In this document: in pieces, positions 13,040 through 25,839 of the stretch | How the letters are laid out: every line of letters begins with the position of its first letter | Position numbering within the stretch: the stretch's first letter is position 1 | Source: Mobula hypostoma | Lineage: Eukaryota | DNA: 64,000 nucleotides | NCBI RefSeq assembly: GCF_963921235.1 | Contig: NC_086107.1 | Location: 97,404,001-97,468,000 of the forward strand | Direction of reading: 5' to 3' | Program-made: the position numbers and the translations under genes | The notes under the pieces: model-generated | The model's input: only the letters and a program-made list of their open reading frames with translations | The model's database searches: none | What the model was told of the DNA's origin: nothing

Positions 13040-14515
13040 TAGAGTCTTAGAAAAGTACAGCGCAGAAGCAGGCCCTTCATCCCATCTAGTCCATGCCAAA
13101 ACCATGTAAACTGCTTACTCCCATCGCCCTGCTCCGGGACCACAGCCCTACCATCCATGTACCTATCCAAAACTTCTCTTAAACATTGAAATCCTGCTCA
13201 CATGCGCCACTTGTGCTAGCAGCTCAATCCACACTCTCACCATCCTCTGAGTGAAGAAGTTTTCATGATGCGCCCCTTAAACATTTCACCTTTCACCTTT
13301 AACCCATGACCTCTGGTTCCACTCTCACTCAACCTCAGTGGAAAAAGCCTGCTTGAATTTACCTTACCCATACCCCTTTATCAAATCTCCTCTCAACCTT
13401 CTACATTCTAAGGAATAAAGTCCAAATCTATTCAATCTTTCCTTATAACTCTGGTCCTCCAGTCATGGTAACATCCTTATAAATTTTCTCTGCACTCTTT
13501 CAACGTTATTGACATCTTTCCTGTAGATAGGTGACCAAAACTGCACACAATACTCAAAATTAGACCCACCAACGTCTCATACAACCAGACATCCCATCTC
13601 TCCCGGAAGTTCCGGGAGTCTCCCGCAAATTAATAGTGGCTCCCTGATGCCCGCAAATTATATACAATGTCCCGGAAATTGATTTTTTTTTAGAGCGAGC
13701 GTGAGAGAACGCGCGCAAGAGCAAGAAAGCAAGCGCGAGAGAGAAAGAGTGAGAAAGCAAGTGCGAGAGAGAGAGAGTGAGAGCAAGAGTGAGCAAGCAA
13801 GCACGAGAGAGCGAGAAAGCAAGCACGAGAGAGTGAGAGTGAGAAAGCAAGCACGAAAGAAAGAGCGAGAAAGCAAGCACGAGAGAGCGAGAGAGAGTGA
13901 GAGCAAGAGCGAGAAAGCAAGTGTGAGAGAGTGAGAGTGAGAAAACAAGCACGAGAGAAAGAGCGAGAAAGCAAGCGCGAGAGAGCGAGCGCAAGTGAGA
14001 GTGACCACGAGTGAGAGAGCGCGCACACGCGCGATAGAGAGAGAGCGAGAGAGTTCCAAAAAAAAGTCAGCGTGGCAGAGTGTTCCAAAAAAAGAAAATA
14101 TAAAACGTGTGTCACCCCAGACTACACTAAAGTGTACCCCTGCCCAATAGGGGTCAAAATAATGACAGAGTTGCTCGCTGCACTGTTTGCAACAGTGACT
14201 TTTCTATTACCCATGGTGGGTTAAGACTGTAAAAGACATGTTGAGGTGAGTTTAACAGGTGTCATTCGTTCATTAGCATAGCTAACGTTATTTAAACTAG
14301 CTGTCTAGCTGCTAAGGAGCTACTCTATTGCAGACATCCCACCTCTCCCGGAAGTCTCCTGCAAATTGATGGTGCTACCTCCCTGAAATGAATTTTTGCA
14401 GGGAGGGGTGTCTGCATACAACTTCAACATCCCAAATTCTCTACTCAATAATTTGACTTATGAAGGCCAATATGCCAATAAGCTTTCTCTACCACCCCAT
14501 CTACCTGCGATGCTA
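13040..14515 (-). mobile_element. CR1 3' fragment, host of the hAT insertion
   Basis: CR1 ORF2 C-terminal sequence (EYCVQFWSP type) continues on both sides of the TSD. Confidence 0.8.
13586..14414. mobile_element. Non-autonomous hAT-type DNA transposon inserted in a CR1 fragment
   Basis: TIRs CAGACATCCC.../...GGGGTGTCTG; exact 8-bp TSD CATACAAC at 13578-13585 and 14415-14422; internal GA-rich repeat at 13690-14052. Confidence 0.88.
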
Positions 14516-15060
14516 GATCTCCTGGTTCACCACATGCTGGGGTTGATGTACAGGTGAGGTTGATGGAAGTGGCTCCAGGGATGAAGGTTTAGACTGGAAA
14601 CTGGAGCAGAGAGGGTCCAGAGAGAAACGAGAGAGCAGAGTGAGCACTGGGGAGGTCAATAGAAGCTCCTGTGGTGCCTCGGTCGTTTGAGGACCAGGGA
14701 GACACAAACTGAGAGTGCAGACCCATGGCTACAGGAGGGATATAAGGAAGGGAAAGGTGACACTGAGCTTTCACTGGGGGTGGTACAGACTGAAACAACC
14801 AGCGGGGGAATTGGAGAGGCAGGATGCAGGAGCATGTGCCGAAGTGGGGGAAATGTTGGAGAAGGCGATCCAACTTCCTGCACCTGCTCAGTTGCTCGAT
14901 TCCTCGCCCCTCCTGACCTCAGTAGCGCCCGCTGGGGCTGCCCAGACAGGAGTCAGCAGGGAGTCGCCGGAGGAACAGGAGCCCTCCATGGTGACTGGCT
15001 GAGTGCTTGAGGTACTGGAGAGCAGTGATTCACAGACAATGCCGTGTGCTTGCTCCACAG

Positions 15061-15210
15061 ACCCGCCCCACCTGAACAATGCCGCCATAACCTCGCCCGC
15101 GCTCTCCCAGATGGGACTACCACACCCACACAGCAACGTGCTCCAGCGGGTGGCCAGCGCCCCCATCCACTCCGCCGACTACAACAAGTACGCGACGCTG
15201 AAGGCAGTGG
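15061..15210 (+). CDS. shisa8: SHISA8-like (CKAMP/SHISA6-9 family) penultimate coding exon
   Basis: Acceptor tgctccacag| at 15060 and donor |gtgagt at 15211 bound a 150-nt phase1-phase1 exon. It encodes (D)PPHLNNAAITSPALSQMGLPHPHSNVLQRVASAPIHSADYNKYATLKAV, matching the SHISA8/9 'NNA...SP...QMG' and '(Y/L)NKYA(T/S)LKAV' motifs. It joins the 23642 exon in frame. Confidence 0.92.
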
Positions 15211-15972
15211 GTGAGTAACATGTCACAGGCGAGAGAGAGAGACGTTGGAATTCCCCAGCACCGCCACACAAAAATGCTGGGGGTGGGGGTTGGAAATCTC
15301 AGCAGGACGGGCAGCATCTATGGAGGGGAGTGAACAGTCAATGTTTCGGGCTGACCCTACCGTAGACAGGAGATGAGGGGGAGAACTGCAGCATCCCGGG
15401 GAAAACATCGCGGTCATGGGGAGAACGTGCGAACTTCCCACAGGCAGTGCAGGGAATCAGCTTGGAAGCCGGGCTTCCAGCGCTGTGAGACAACGGCTCT
15501 ACCAATCACACACCACTGTGCGACCCTGGGCGTGCAGCCAGCGGAGACGCTGTGATCTCAGTCTGAGAATCTCCGTCCGGCCCACGACATGGAGAGCTGG
15601 GCGGGGGAACTCCAGAGCACGTGCTCTCGCATCTGTCGCCGGGGGCTCAGCTGAAGTTCTTAGCTCCTTGGTCTAAATCCCACAGGTTCCTCTCTTCCAT
15701 ACTCTTCATCACCCGAGAAACTGACCAGAAAGTGGGAATTTTGGGTCACCACAGGTCCCCCAGAACAATGAGCTCCAGTCCCCTATCAGTTTGCCTCATC
15801 GTGTACCCGTGGTGACTGTGATTGGTTTCAGTTCCTCCCCGTTTTCGCTGCTGGATTTTTAATAGGATGCTTTTAGTGTGATAACAAAGTTTCCCCCATT
15901 TCATCAACCCTCACTATTAACTCGCCAGCCTCATCAAAGTTAACCTGATTCACTCTCTTCCTTTTTAGCATT

Positions 15973-16260
15973 TGGGGCAGCATAGTAGCGTAGTGGTTAT
16001 CACAACGCTTTACAGTACCAGCGACCCGGGTTCAATTCCCGCTGCTGCCTGTAAGGAGTTTGTACGTTCTCCCCATGACCGCGTGGGTTTCCTCTGGGTG
16101 CTCCGGTTTCCTCCCACAGTCCAAAGACGTACCATTTGGCGGGTTGATTGGTCACTGTAAATTGTCCCATGATTAGGCCAAGTTTAAAGTTGGATGTTGC
16201 TCAGTAGCGCGGTTCAAAAGGCCGTAAGGGCCTATTCTGCACTGTATCTCAGTAATTAAA
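15973..16260 (+). mobile_element. tRNA-derived V-SINE
   Basis: A box TAGCGTAGTGG, B box GGTTCAATTCC, V domain GGGTTTCCTCTGGGTGCTCCGGTTTCCTCCCACAGTCCAAAGAC. Related copies lie near 3345-3630(+), 15370-15530(-), 23320-23560(-) and 56110-56335(-). Confidence 0.85.
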
Positions 16261-17014
16261 TCAATCAGCACTTGCCGGTTCGATATTACTTGCTAGCTTA
16301 ATCACACGATGTATTTTTCCCCCTCTGTTTTGGTTTCTAGAATGTTCCCAATCTTCAGGCCAGCTGCTGATCTTTGCAACAAGCTCTATCATTTCTTTCA
16401 CATCCGTAACTTCCTTTGTTAGCCACAGATGGATCACCTTCGCAATCTCTCTTTCTCTGCGGAATATATCTTCTGTAGACAATTATAAACTATCTCATTA
16501 AGTTGCCAACTTACCAATTAATGAGCTGCTGAGTCCAGCTTCTGCTGTAGTCACTAGCCTCATGTAAGTTTGAGACACCAGTTTCAAACCAAGACTTTGA
16601 TTCTCAAATAGAATAAGAAATTCTGTCACGTTACAATTGCTCATACTTGGAGTTTATTTTACTGTTCATTAATCTGATTGATTATGCATGCCGAGATTTA
16701 AAATAGCCTGTTGCTGTTGGATCCACAATGTATCACTCTAAGAAACTGCCCCGAGTAGTCTATGACCTCGTGCTGAAGCATTCTTTGCTGCTTTTGACTA
16801 GCCCGATCTTTATGAAGCTTGAAAGATTCCCGTGATTATCGCAGCACCTTTATCGAGCTGCCTTTACATTTTGATTTATCTCCCATGCCGGGGCTGATTT
16901 CACATCCCATAAAGCCGTCCAGTTAACCTACTAATTCGCACAAGTCTTCTTGGGCGTGGGAGGAGCACCCAGGGGACACGCCCTGTGGCCGGGGGAGAAG
17001 TGCACGATCCACGC

Positions 17015-17280
17015 AGATATGGTAGCGTAGTGGTTAGCACAACGCTTTACAGTACAGGCCGTGCTGGGTTCAATTCCCGCCTCTGCCTGTAAGCAGTCTG
17101 TGACTGTGAGGGTTTCCTTTGAGTGCTCCAGTTTCCTCCCACAGCCCAAAGACCTACTGGTTGGTAGGTTAATTTTTACATTGCAAATTACCCCCTGATT
17201 AGGCTCAGATTAAATCAGGCGGCATGGCTCGGAGGTCTGGAAGGGCCTATTCCACGCTATATCTCAATAAGTAAGTAAAG
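17015..17280 (+). mobile_element. tRNA-derived V-SINE
   Basis: Same A/B boxes and V domain as the 15973 copy. Confidence 0.8.
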
Positions 17281-18094
17281 ATAGTCCTAAGGATTGGAAT
17301 TACAACAGGAATTACAACATTTTTTAACTTCTAAACATTAAACTAATTCAAAGAAAGACATAGGAGTCAGAAAATGTGGGTGTAACTTCGTCATTACTTT
17401 AAGCAAGGCTTGCTAGCTTAATCACACAATGTATTTTTTCCCCTCTATTTTGGTTTCTAGAATGTTCCCAATCTTCAGGCCAGCTGCTGATCTTTGCGAT
17501 GAGCTCTATCATTTCTTTCACATCCGTAACTTCCTTTGTTATCCACAGATGGATCACCCTTCTCACGCAATCTGTCTTTCTCCACGGAATATATCACGTG
17601 GAAGTGTGATGATGTATGCAATTAATGTATTTTTATATATAACTTGAAATTAATTATTTAAATGAACAAGAATGCTTAATCAAAAACATATTTACAGGAT
17701 TACTCAAATATAATTGAAATATTCAGTACAGAATAACTGGTCTACCAGCTGTGCTCTGTATCGCCCCCTACAGACTACTTCCAGCACTCGCTCTGGTTTC
17801 GTGTTGCTTATCTCCCGCCAAACTGGTGGTCCACCATGATTTTCTGAGCTGGGTCATTACACACGCCTGCACAAATACCATCTACTCTCAGCCCTTAAAC
17901 TTCTGGCCTACCGCCCCTGGCTCGGCCACCAGCTCAACAGGGAGCTCACTAACGGTTTGGTCAAGGTAGGCTTTGGGAATGGGTTGATTCGGCTGCTGGG
18001 CAACTGATGTAGAACCCTGAAAAGACCAAACAATTAGAGTGTTGGCCTGGTAAATCAGAAATTCAATTTCAATCACAAATTGAAGAAATCCAAA

Positions 18095-18575
18095 GTAACA
18101 CACACAAAATGTTGGAGGAATTCAGCAGGTCAGGCAGCATCTATGGAAATTAATAAACAGTCGACTTTTCGGGCCGAGACCCTTCATCAGGAGGGGAAAG
18201 GAAGAGGGAAGACGCCAGAATAAAAAGGTGTGAGAAGGTGAAGGAGGATAGCTGGAAGGTGATAGGTGAAGCCAAGATGGTGGGAAATGTAAAGGGCTGG
18301 AGAGAAGGAATCTGATAGGAGACAAGTGTGGGCCATTGGAGAAAGGGATGGAGGAAAGGCACCAGGGGGAGGTGATAACACAGGTGAGAAGAGGTAAGAA
18401 GCCAGAGTAGATAATAGAAGAAGAGGGAAGGGGGAGGGAATCAACATTCATGCTATCAGATTGGAGGCTACCCAGATGGAATATGAGATGTTGCTCCTCC
18501 ACCCTGAGAGTTGCCTCATCATGACAGAAGGGGACGCCATGGACTGACATGTCAGAACAGGAATGGGAATCTGAC
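18095..18575 (-). mobile_element. Penelope-like element 3' end (GIY-YIG C-terminus plus pLTR)
   Basis: SHSCSDMSVHG...HDEATLRVEEQHLIFHLGSLQ, followed by a pLTR containing CTGATGAAGGGTCTCGGCCCGAAA. Confidence 0.85.
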
Positions 18576-19110
18576 ACGTGACTGACTAGAGACAACCTAC
18601 CCTGATACCTCAGTGACTACTGACGTCCCATCCCTGACACCTCAGTGACCAGAGATGTCCCACTCCCGACACCTCAGTGACCAGGGATGTCCCAACCCTG
18701 ACACCTCAGTGACCAGAGATGTCCCAATCCTGACACCTCAGTGACCAGAGATGTCCCAACCCTGACACCTCAGTGACCAGAGATGTCCCAACCCTGACAC
18801 CTCAGTGACCAGGGATGTCCCACCCCGACACCTCAGTGACTACTGACGTCCCATCCCTGACACCTCAGTGACCAGAGATGTCCCACTCCCGACACCTCAG
18901 TGACCAGGGATGTCCCAACCCTGACACCTCAGTGACCAGAGATGTCCCACTCCCGACACCTTAGTGACCAGAGATGTCCCAACCCTGACACCTCAGTGAC
19001 CAGGGATGTCCCACCCCTGACATCTCAGTGACCAGAGATGTCCCAACCCCGACACCTTAGTGACTACTGACATTCCACCCCCGACACGTCAGTGACCAGA
19101 GATGTCCCAC
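18570..19110. repeat. 32-bp minisatellite, about 17 copies
   Basis: Unit CTGACACCTCAGTGACCAGAGATGTCCCAACC, head-to-tail with no spacers. Confidence 0.95.
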
Positions 19111-19129
19111 CTTTTTATTCTGGCATTTT

Positions 19130-22100
19130 CTCTGACTGTAAGAGGGGAGATGGGTCCTTCAGTAACTACAAATGGTGTGTTGTCTCCCTGGTGCCGGGGA
19201 CAGGAATGTCTCAGAGCAGCTACAGGGCATTTTGAAGGGAGAGGGTGAACAGCCAATGGTGTGGTACATATCAGTACCAATAACATTGGTAGAAAAAGGG
19301 ACAAGGTCTTGCGATGTGAACTTGGGGAGTTGGATAATAGATTATAGAGCAGGGCCACTAAGGTTGTAATGTCTGGATTACTCTGACCTTATAACTTTGA
19401 AGGTGGATAGGTGAGCCATGTTTATATTCCATTAGAAGTTTGAGGAGATTTGGTATGTCACCAAAGACACTCGCAAATTTCTACAGATGTACCGTGGAGA
19501 GCATTCTAACTGCTTGCATCACCATCTAGTGTTGGTGGGCACCACACAGGGTCAAAATAAGCAGCAGAAAGTTGTAAACTCAGTCAGCTTCATAATAGGC
19601 ATAGCCTCATCAACGTCCAGGACATCTTCAAGGAGCAATGCCTCAGAAAGGCTGCATCCAACATTAAGGACCCCCATCACACTGGACATGCCTTGTTCTC
19701 ACTGTTACCATCAGGAAGGAGGTACAGAAGCCTGAAGGCACACACTCAATGATTCAGGAACAGCTTCTTCCCCTCTGCCATCAGATTTCTGAATGGACAT
19801 TGAGCCCATGAACACTACCTCACTACTTATTTATTTCTATTTGTGAACTGCTTATTTAATTTAACTTAAAAAAATATATACTGTAACTTACATTTTTTTA
19901 TTATTATGTATTACAATGTACTGCTGTCACAAAACAACAAATTTCACAACACATACCAGTGACATTGAGCCTGATTCAGATTCTGATAAGTGCTTTGGCT
20001 AAAGAAATGCTGTAGGAGGGAGGGATCTAACTTTTTCGATCACTGGGACCATTGTGGTGCAGGACAGGATGAGGTGAACTGGAACACGTCAAGTGCCCTT
20101 GCTGAGAGGTTTGCTCAAGCTGTTGGGGAAGTTTTAAACTAATTTGGCAGAGGAATGGGAACAGCAGGCATACAGCTAGGAGAGAGGCACAGGGAAATAT
20201 TGCCGAAAATCTGGATCAATGTATTCGGCAGGAAAGCCCGGGGGGCGGGGGCGGGGGGGCATTGCTGAGCATGGGCAGAGGATGGCTACGTTCAGAATCA
20301 GAACCAGCTTTAATGTCACTGGCTTATGGTGCAAAATTTGTTGGTTTTTTTGCGGCAGCAGTACATTGCAAAACATAATAATAAAAATTATAAATTAGAA
20401 TAAGAAAGATATATTAAAAATTAAATTAAGTAACCACTGCAAAAAGAGAGCAAAAAAAAATAGAAAAAACATAGTGAGGTGGTGTACATGGGTTCATTGT
20501 CCATTCAGAAATCTGACTGGTGGAGGGACAGAAGCTGTTCCTGAAATGGTGAGTGTGCATCTTCAGACTCCAGTACCTTCTCCTTGATGAGAAAACGGCG
20601 TGTCCTGGGTGATGGAGGTCCTTAATGACGGATGCTGCCTTTTTTGAGGTACTGTATCTCCTTTTGAAGATGTCCTTGAAACTGGGGAAGCTGGTGCCCA
20701 TGATGGAGCTGACTGAGATTACAACCTTCTGCAGCTTTCCCTGCTCCTGTGCAGTGGCTAAATTGCAACTATCTCAATGCAACGCAACGCAAAAGACCTA
20801 GAGTGCTACTCAACACGCAGAATTATTGTATCGTAGCAATATCCAGCTTTCTCAATACTCCACGGTCTAGAATTTGAGGGTGTGGTCGTGGGGAGAAGTA
20901 AGAGAGGAGGTGGCACTGCTAGAATGCAGGAGGATGCTTTGGACAGCTCTCCAAATGAGGCTGTATGGGTCCGGGTTAGAAGTAGAAAGGGGACAGTCTC
21001 TTTGCTTGAGGCCTCCCAAAGGCCAGTAGGAGATAGAGTAGATATGCAGGGGAATCACACAGAAGGTGTAATAGCAACAGGGATTTGGTAACTAGGACTT
21101 TCAACTTCCTAGTGTTAATTGGGATTGCCTCAGTGTCAAAGGTTTCAGTGAGGTGGGATTTCTATGCCGTGTTCTTGTGCCTGCTGGGGAAAGGACAGTG
21201 CTGGACTGATCTCGGGGAGTGAGATTGGGCAAGTAAATTATATGTCAGTAGGTGACCATTTAGGAGACTATGACCATAACTAGTAAGCTTCAAAGTGATA
21301 AAGATCGTCTGCAAGTTGTAGGGAAGGCTGATTTCCATATCTCTAACCCTGACCATAACACTGGCAGATATAGACTGGGAAAAGCTAATGTGGGTCAGTC
21401 TACATCCAGCAAGTAGGAGTCTTTTCATGGATGCCTACCCATACTAGCCCCGGTTGCCCATATTTGGCCCATATTCCTCTATTTCTTTCCTATCCAATTA
21501 TCTGTCCAAATGTCTTTTAAACCCCACAATTGTAGCTGCCTCTGGTAGCTTATTCCAGATAACTAACCCCTCAGATCTCTTTAAGTTTTTCCCCTCTCGC
21601 CTTAAACCCATGCCCTCTAATTCTTGACTCCCCTGCCCCAGAAGAAAAATTCTATCAGTACTTTCTGTGCTCCTCAAAATGTAATAAACCTCTCTAAGCT
21701 CACCATGCCAGCCTTCTGTGTTCCAGTTTTGAGGGTGAAATAGTGAGAGTTCAAGGCCAACATCTCCAACAGGGTGGAAGGCAAGAACAGAGATTCCTGC
21801 ATGTCAAGGGACAAGCGTTTGATTAAGAAAAGAAAGGAAATATATGGCTGGTGTAGAGCATAAAACTGGGCAGGCCCTTCGGAAGGATAGAGTGTAGAGA
21901 GGTGCTCAGGAGAGGAATTAGTTGGCTAAAGTAAGGCCACAAAATATCACTGGCGGGTAAGGTGAACGAGAAGCGCTGGGCATTTTATCAGGATCTTAAG
22001 AGGCAGGGAAAGGTTACAGGGATGCATAGGAAGTGGGAAGGGTCTTCAGTGGATCTTTCTCCTCTGTATAATGACATTGCCGCTGGAGATTGCTGGGAGT

Positions 22101-22830
22101 GAGATGTGGATATTTCAGAGCACTTAATCATTGATAAGCAGAGGGTAGTCAATGTCTTAGCAGATATAAAGGTGGATAGATCTCCAGGGCTTCATCAGAT
22201 GAGTCCTTGTTAGCAAAGGGAGGACTAGCTGAGGACCTGAGATATTTTAAAATCTTCATCAGGCACTGGCTAGCACAGATCACTTGGGCCGAAGGGCCTG
22301 TTTCCCTATTCTATGGTACTTTGACTCAATGATGAGGAGCCAGAAGACTGAATGACAGCTAATATGGGTGCTTTATTCTGGAGGGGTAGCAGGAATAATC
22401 CAGATAACTACAGGCCATTGAGTATTACATCAGGATGGGGAAACTATTGGAAAAGATTCCAACGGACACTATCAATTTACACTTAGAAAGGGATAGAACA
22501 TGCATGGTCAGCATGGTCTTTTTGGTGGTCCTGTCTAACTAATTTGATTTGACTTTTTCAAAGTGGTTACTTGGTATATTGAAGCAACGCACACAAAATA
22601 CTGGAGGAACCCAGCAGGCCAGGCAGCATCTATAGTAAAAAGTACAGTCAATGTTTCGGGCCAAAACCCTTCGGCAGGACCTGGTATATTGATGCAGCCA
22701 GCGTTGTTGAGTTGTGCGTGGGGCTTTTGTGGGGCATTGGGCATCTCACGTGGAAAGCTGCTGATAAAGGTCAAAAAGGAGAAGACGCTAGATGGATAGG
22801 ACGGTGGCTACCTGCCAGGTCTGTTGGAGA
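19130..22830 (+). mobile_element. Old long CR1 relic (ORF1 esterase to RT) interrupted by Rex1-like, CR1 and pLTR insertions
   Basis: MVCCLPGA (ORF1) at 19172; endonuclease-like EAVWVRVR near 20955; RT-like remnants at 22150-22800; nested Rex1-like 3' pieces at 19430-19990(+) and 20290-20760(-). Confidence 0.7.
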
Positions 22831-23641
22831 TGTATTCCGGACTGCTCTGTCTGCCTCATGGCATCTAAGGCAAACCGGATCCAAACTTACCTGGAAATGG
22901 GAGACAGAACGTGATGGTAGAGGGGTTCTTTTGTGATCGCCTTTGACTTGTGGTGTACGTCAGGAATCAGAACTTGGTCCATGAGACCATAAGAATTTGG
23001 ACCAGAATAAGACTAGTCAGCCCTTTGAGTTTGCTCTGCCATTCAGTCATGTCTGACTTATCAATTTCCCTAACGTCTGAAAACCAACCCCCTCCGTTTC
23101 GCCACTGAAATCTTCTACTCTGTCTTTCATTCTCCACTGTGGTGGCCCTCTTACCCCTTCTCTTCTCCTACCCCGCCCTTATGGCCTGCCCATCACCTCC
23201 CTCTGGTTCCCTTCCCTTCCAGCCTTGATGAAGGGTCTTGGCCCGAAACACTGACTGTCCATTTCCCTCCATAGATGCTGTCTGACCACCTGTGCTCCTC
23301 CAGCCTTTTGCTTTGACTTATTTAGAGATTCAGAACAGTAACGGGCACTTCCTACCCATTGAATCCACACCGCTCAATTGTACCCATGTGACTAAATTAA
23401 CCTTCTCACCCTTACGTCTTTGGAATGTGGGAGGAAACCAGAGCACCCGGAGGAAACCCATGCAGTCATGGTGCGAATATATATATATATAGACTGCGGT
23501 GGAATTTAAACTGGGTTGCTGGTGTAATACCATTACACTAATCACAATGAGCACACTTACCCACCTATTCTGTAATAAAACTAATTTTGAGTGCGAGGCC
23601 TATACACACTAGCCGCCTCTGAGCCCTGCCTTTTCTCCCAG

Positions 23642-23991
23642 CAGAGGCAGCCTCGGATGAGTTTTACTCGAAGCGGTACCCTGTGATGGATCTGCCCGTC
23701 TCGGGCCCCGCCTTCCCCGCGATCAAGGACAGGCAGCCGGGCGAGCCGTGCGCTTTCCTGGCCGTCACGCCCAGGCAGAAGACCAAAGCCAGCAAAACGA
23801 ACACGCACCCTCTGTTCAGCTCGGGCTACGGGGGCTGGGAGCAGGGGCAGCCCCTGGGCCAGAGGCAGGCCTACACCAGCAAGAGGCAGTACAGCATCGA
23901 GCACCTGCCTGAGATCTTCAGCCCGCCGCTGCACTACAAGCAGCCCCAGCGACACCTCTCCACCAACAGCAAGACCGAGGTGACCGTGTAG
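23642..23991 (+). CDS. shisa8: SHISA8-like last coding exon, with C-terminal PDZ-binding motif EVTV
   Basis: Acceptor ttttctcccag| (phase 1). Reads (A)EAASDEFYSKRYPVMDLP...RQAYTSKRQYSIEHLPEIFSPPLHYKQPQRHLSTNSKTEVTV*. TNSKTEVTV is shared by SHISA8 and SHISA9. RQYSIE-LPEIF resembles SHISA8 RQFSVKMPETF, so SHISA8 is preferred, but SHISA9 is not excluded. Upstream exons were not found in the window. Confidence 0.93.
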
Positions 23992-25689
23992 CTGCCCGCG
24001 GCTCCAGGGAACAAGTCTGTTGTACCAAAGGCCACAACAAAGAGCAAAGTGAAGGAGAGCAGTGGTGGACGGGAGTTGCATAGGGTGGTGGGGGGGACGG
24101 ACGGATCAACACGGCAGGAGAAGCCCGGGCTCCGGGCTCTGGGCTCTGAGACAGGATGGTGAGAGGGGGTCACCGGGAGGGAGGGAGCTCTGCAAAGGAG
24201 GGGACGGGAACTGTGAGGATGCATGAGGAAGTAGGTACAGCGCTCCCCTAGGGCACAGCAGTGCTGCACTGGGTTCCAGTGATGCACTGGCCAGTTCCAG
24301 TGATACACTGGGCGGGCTACAATTATGCAATTGGAGTTACTGTGGTCACACTGGGGACCTACATTGCTGAGCTGGAGATGCAGTGTCTCACTGGGAGGGT
24401 TGAATTCAATGGTTGGACAGATGTGACACTGGGCCTCTGATTAACTTGTTTATCTGCACCGGTAGAATCTCCGGCCTGCCAGCGTCCTTCTGTCCAGATC
24501 CCCCAGGGCAGCCTGCAATTCCCATCCCTGCCCATCACCAGGGCCCTCTTACCCTTTCGCCGTTCTTCATTTCTCAGCTCAGGTGCGCCTCAAACTTTCA
24601 TCCTGTCAAAGAGCGAGTGGCGAGGGCAGGGAGACCCCAGCCTCGCCAGGGCTGCCTGTGGCATCAGGGCACAGGGAGCAGCCCCAAGTAAGGCAACTCT
24701 GCATGGGTCTGCTGAGAGGGGTGGGAGCGCAAAATCCAGCGGAAGCCAATGGGCTGAATGGTCTGTTTGTGTAGATTCTCTGTAACCGCCTGCTCCAGCA
24801 TGCAGGCCCCTCCTCCTCCACCAGTTCCAGACAAGGGAGCAGAGAAACCTCTCATCAACACCTCAGTGGTCCTCTGTCCTACTCTTCGTCTGAATTATTC
24901 GGTGCCCAGGAATTCCTCGTTCACAGTTTTCCAAGAATTCACATCCCTCCCTACCTCTATCCCAATTGGCTGCCCCTTCCCTAAGGGCTGCATGCTGGGT
25001 TCCAGAATTTCCAGAATGTTCTCTGTGCCAGATTACAGCTGACTGTAAACTCCTCATCTTGCACCATCTGCACACCTCTGTTGTCTCGGAGTTCCTCTTG
25101 TCCTCAGCTTCGGATGTGCCTGTCATCTGATTAACCCCAAACCACTGCCTCCTCGAAGCTCCTTCCACACTGCATCAATATTAATCCTTCACAGATTCTT
25201 GCTTGTGATCCCCTCGTGTAGGAAGCTGAGGGGCCTCGCCTTCCTGTAGAGAAGCGGGAAAACACTCACCAGGCCGGGCAGCGTCTGTGGAGAGAGAAGC
25301 AGAGTTAATGGTTCCAAGTCGAAACTTCTTTGTCACAACTGGGTAGGAGAGGAAAGCTAATTAGTTTTTAAGTTACACACACAAAACACTGGAGGAAATC
25401 AACACATCAGGCAGCATCTATCGAGGGAAATGAACAAAAGCACAGTTTGGGTTGAGACCCTTTTGTTTCCTTCCATAGAGGCCGCCTTACTCATGAAGTT
25501 CCTCCAGAATTTTAATAAACCTGTTTCCTCTCTGCCAGTGATGACAAACAGTCTTTGGTCTGAAACGTTAGCTCTGTTTTCCTTCTCCACAGACGCTGCC
25601 TAACCTGCTGAGTGTTTCCAGCAGTTTCTGTTTTTATCTCAGAATTCCAGCATCAGCCGTTTCCTTTTTTTTTCCAGTTTTCATTCTCT

Positions 25690-25839
25690 TCTCAGGCCCT
25701 GTTGTAGAGAGACTGATGAATCCTACTTGGCCCCACAGGGTCAGACACCCTCACCTTGTCTGGAGTGCTCAGTCCTTGGAGCTGCCTCAGGAGTCCAAGG
25801 GGAACTCCCTGCCCAGCTTGACACAACTCAGTAAGGCTC
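25690..25839 (-). pseudogene. GREB1-family relic terminal exon
   Basis: cag|GA GCC TTA CTG..TTG TGT CAA gives GALL//LCQ...LRQ...SLY//TG vs the recalled C-terminus GATLCVICQDRSSLRQ...PLYFLTGRH. Frameshifted. Confidence 0.5.

Noticed and set aside
15003..15060. N-terminal extension of the shisa exon in the ORF track
   Set aside because: It is intronic. Family similarity begins at the acceptor at 15061.
15973..16045. tRNA gene
   Set aside because: The A/B boxes belong to a V-SINE head followed by the V domain and a LINE-like tail.
18570..19110. CRISPR-like array
   Set aside because: The units are contiguous with no unique spacers, the context is eukaryotic, and there are no cas genes.
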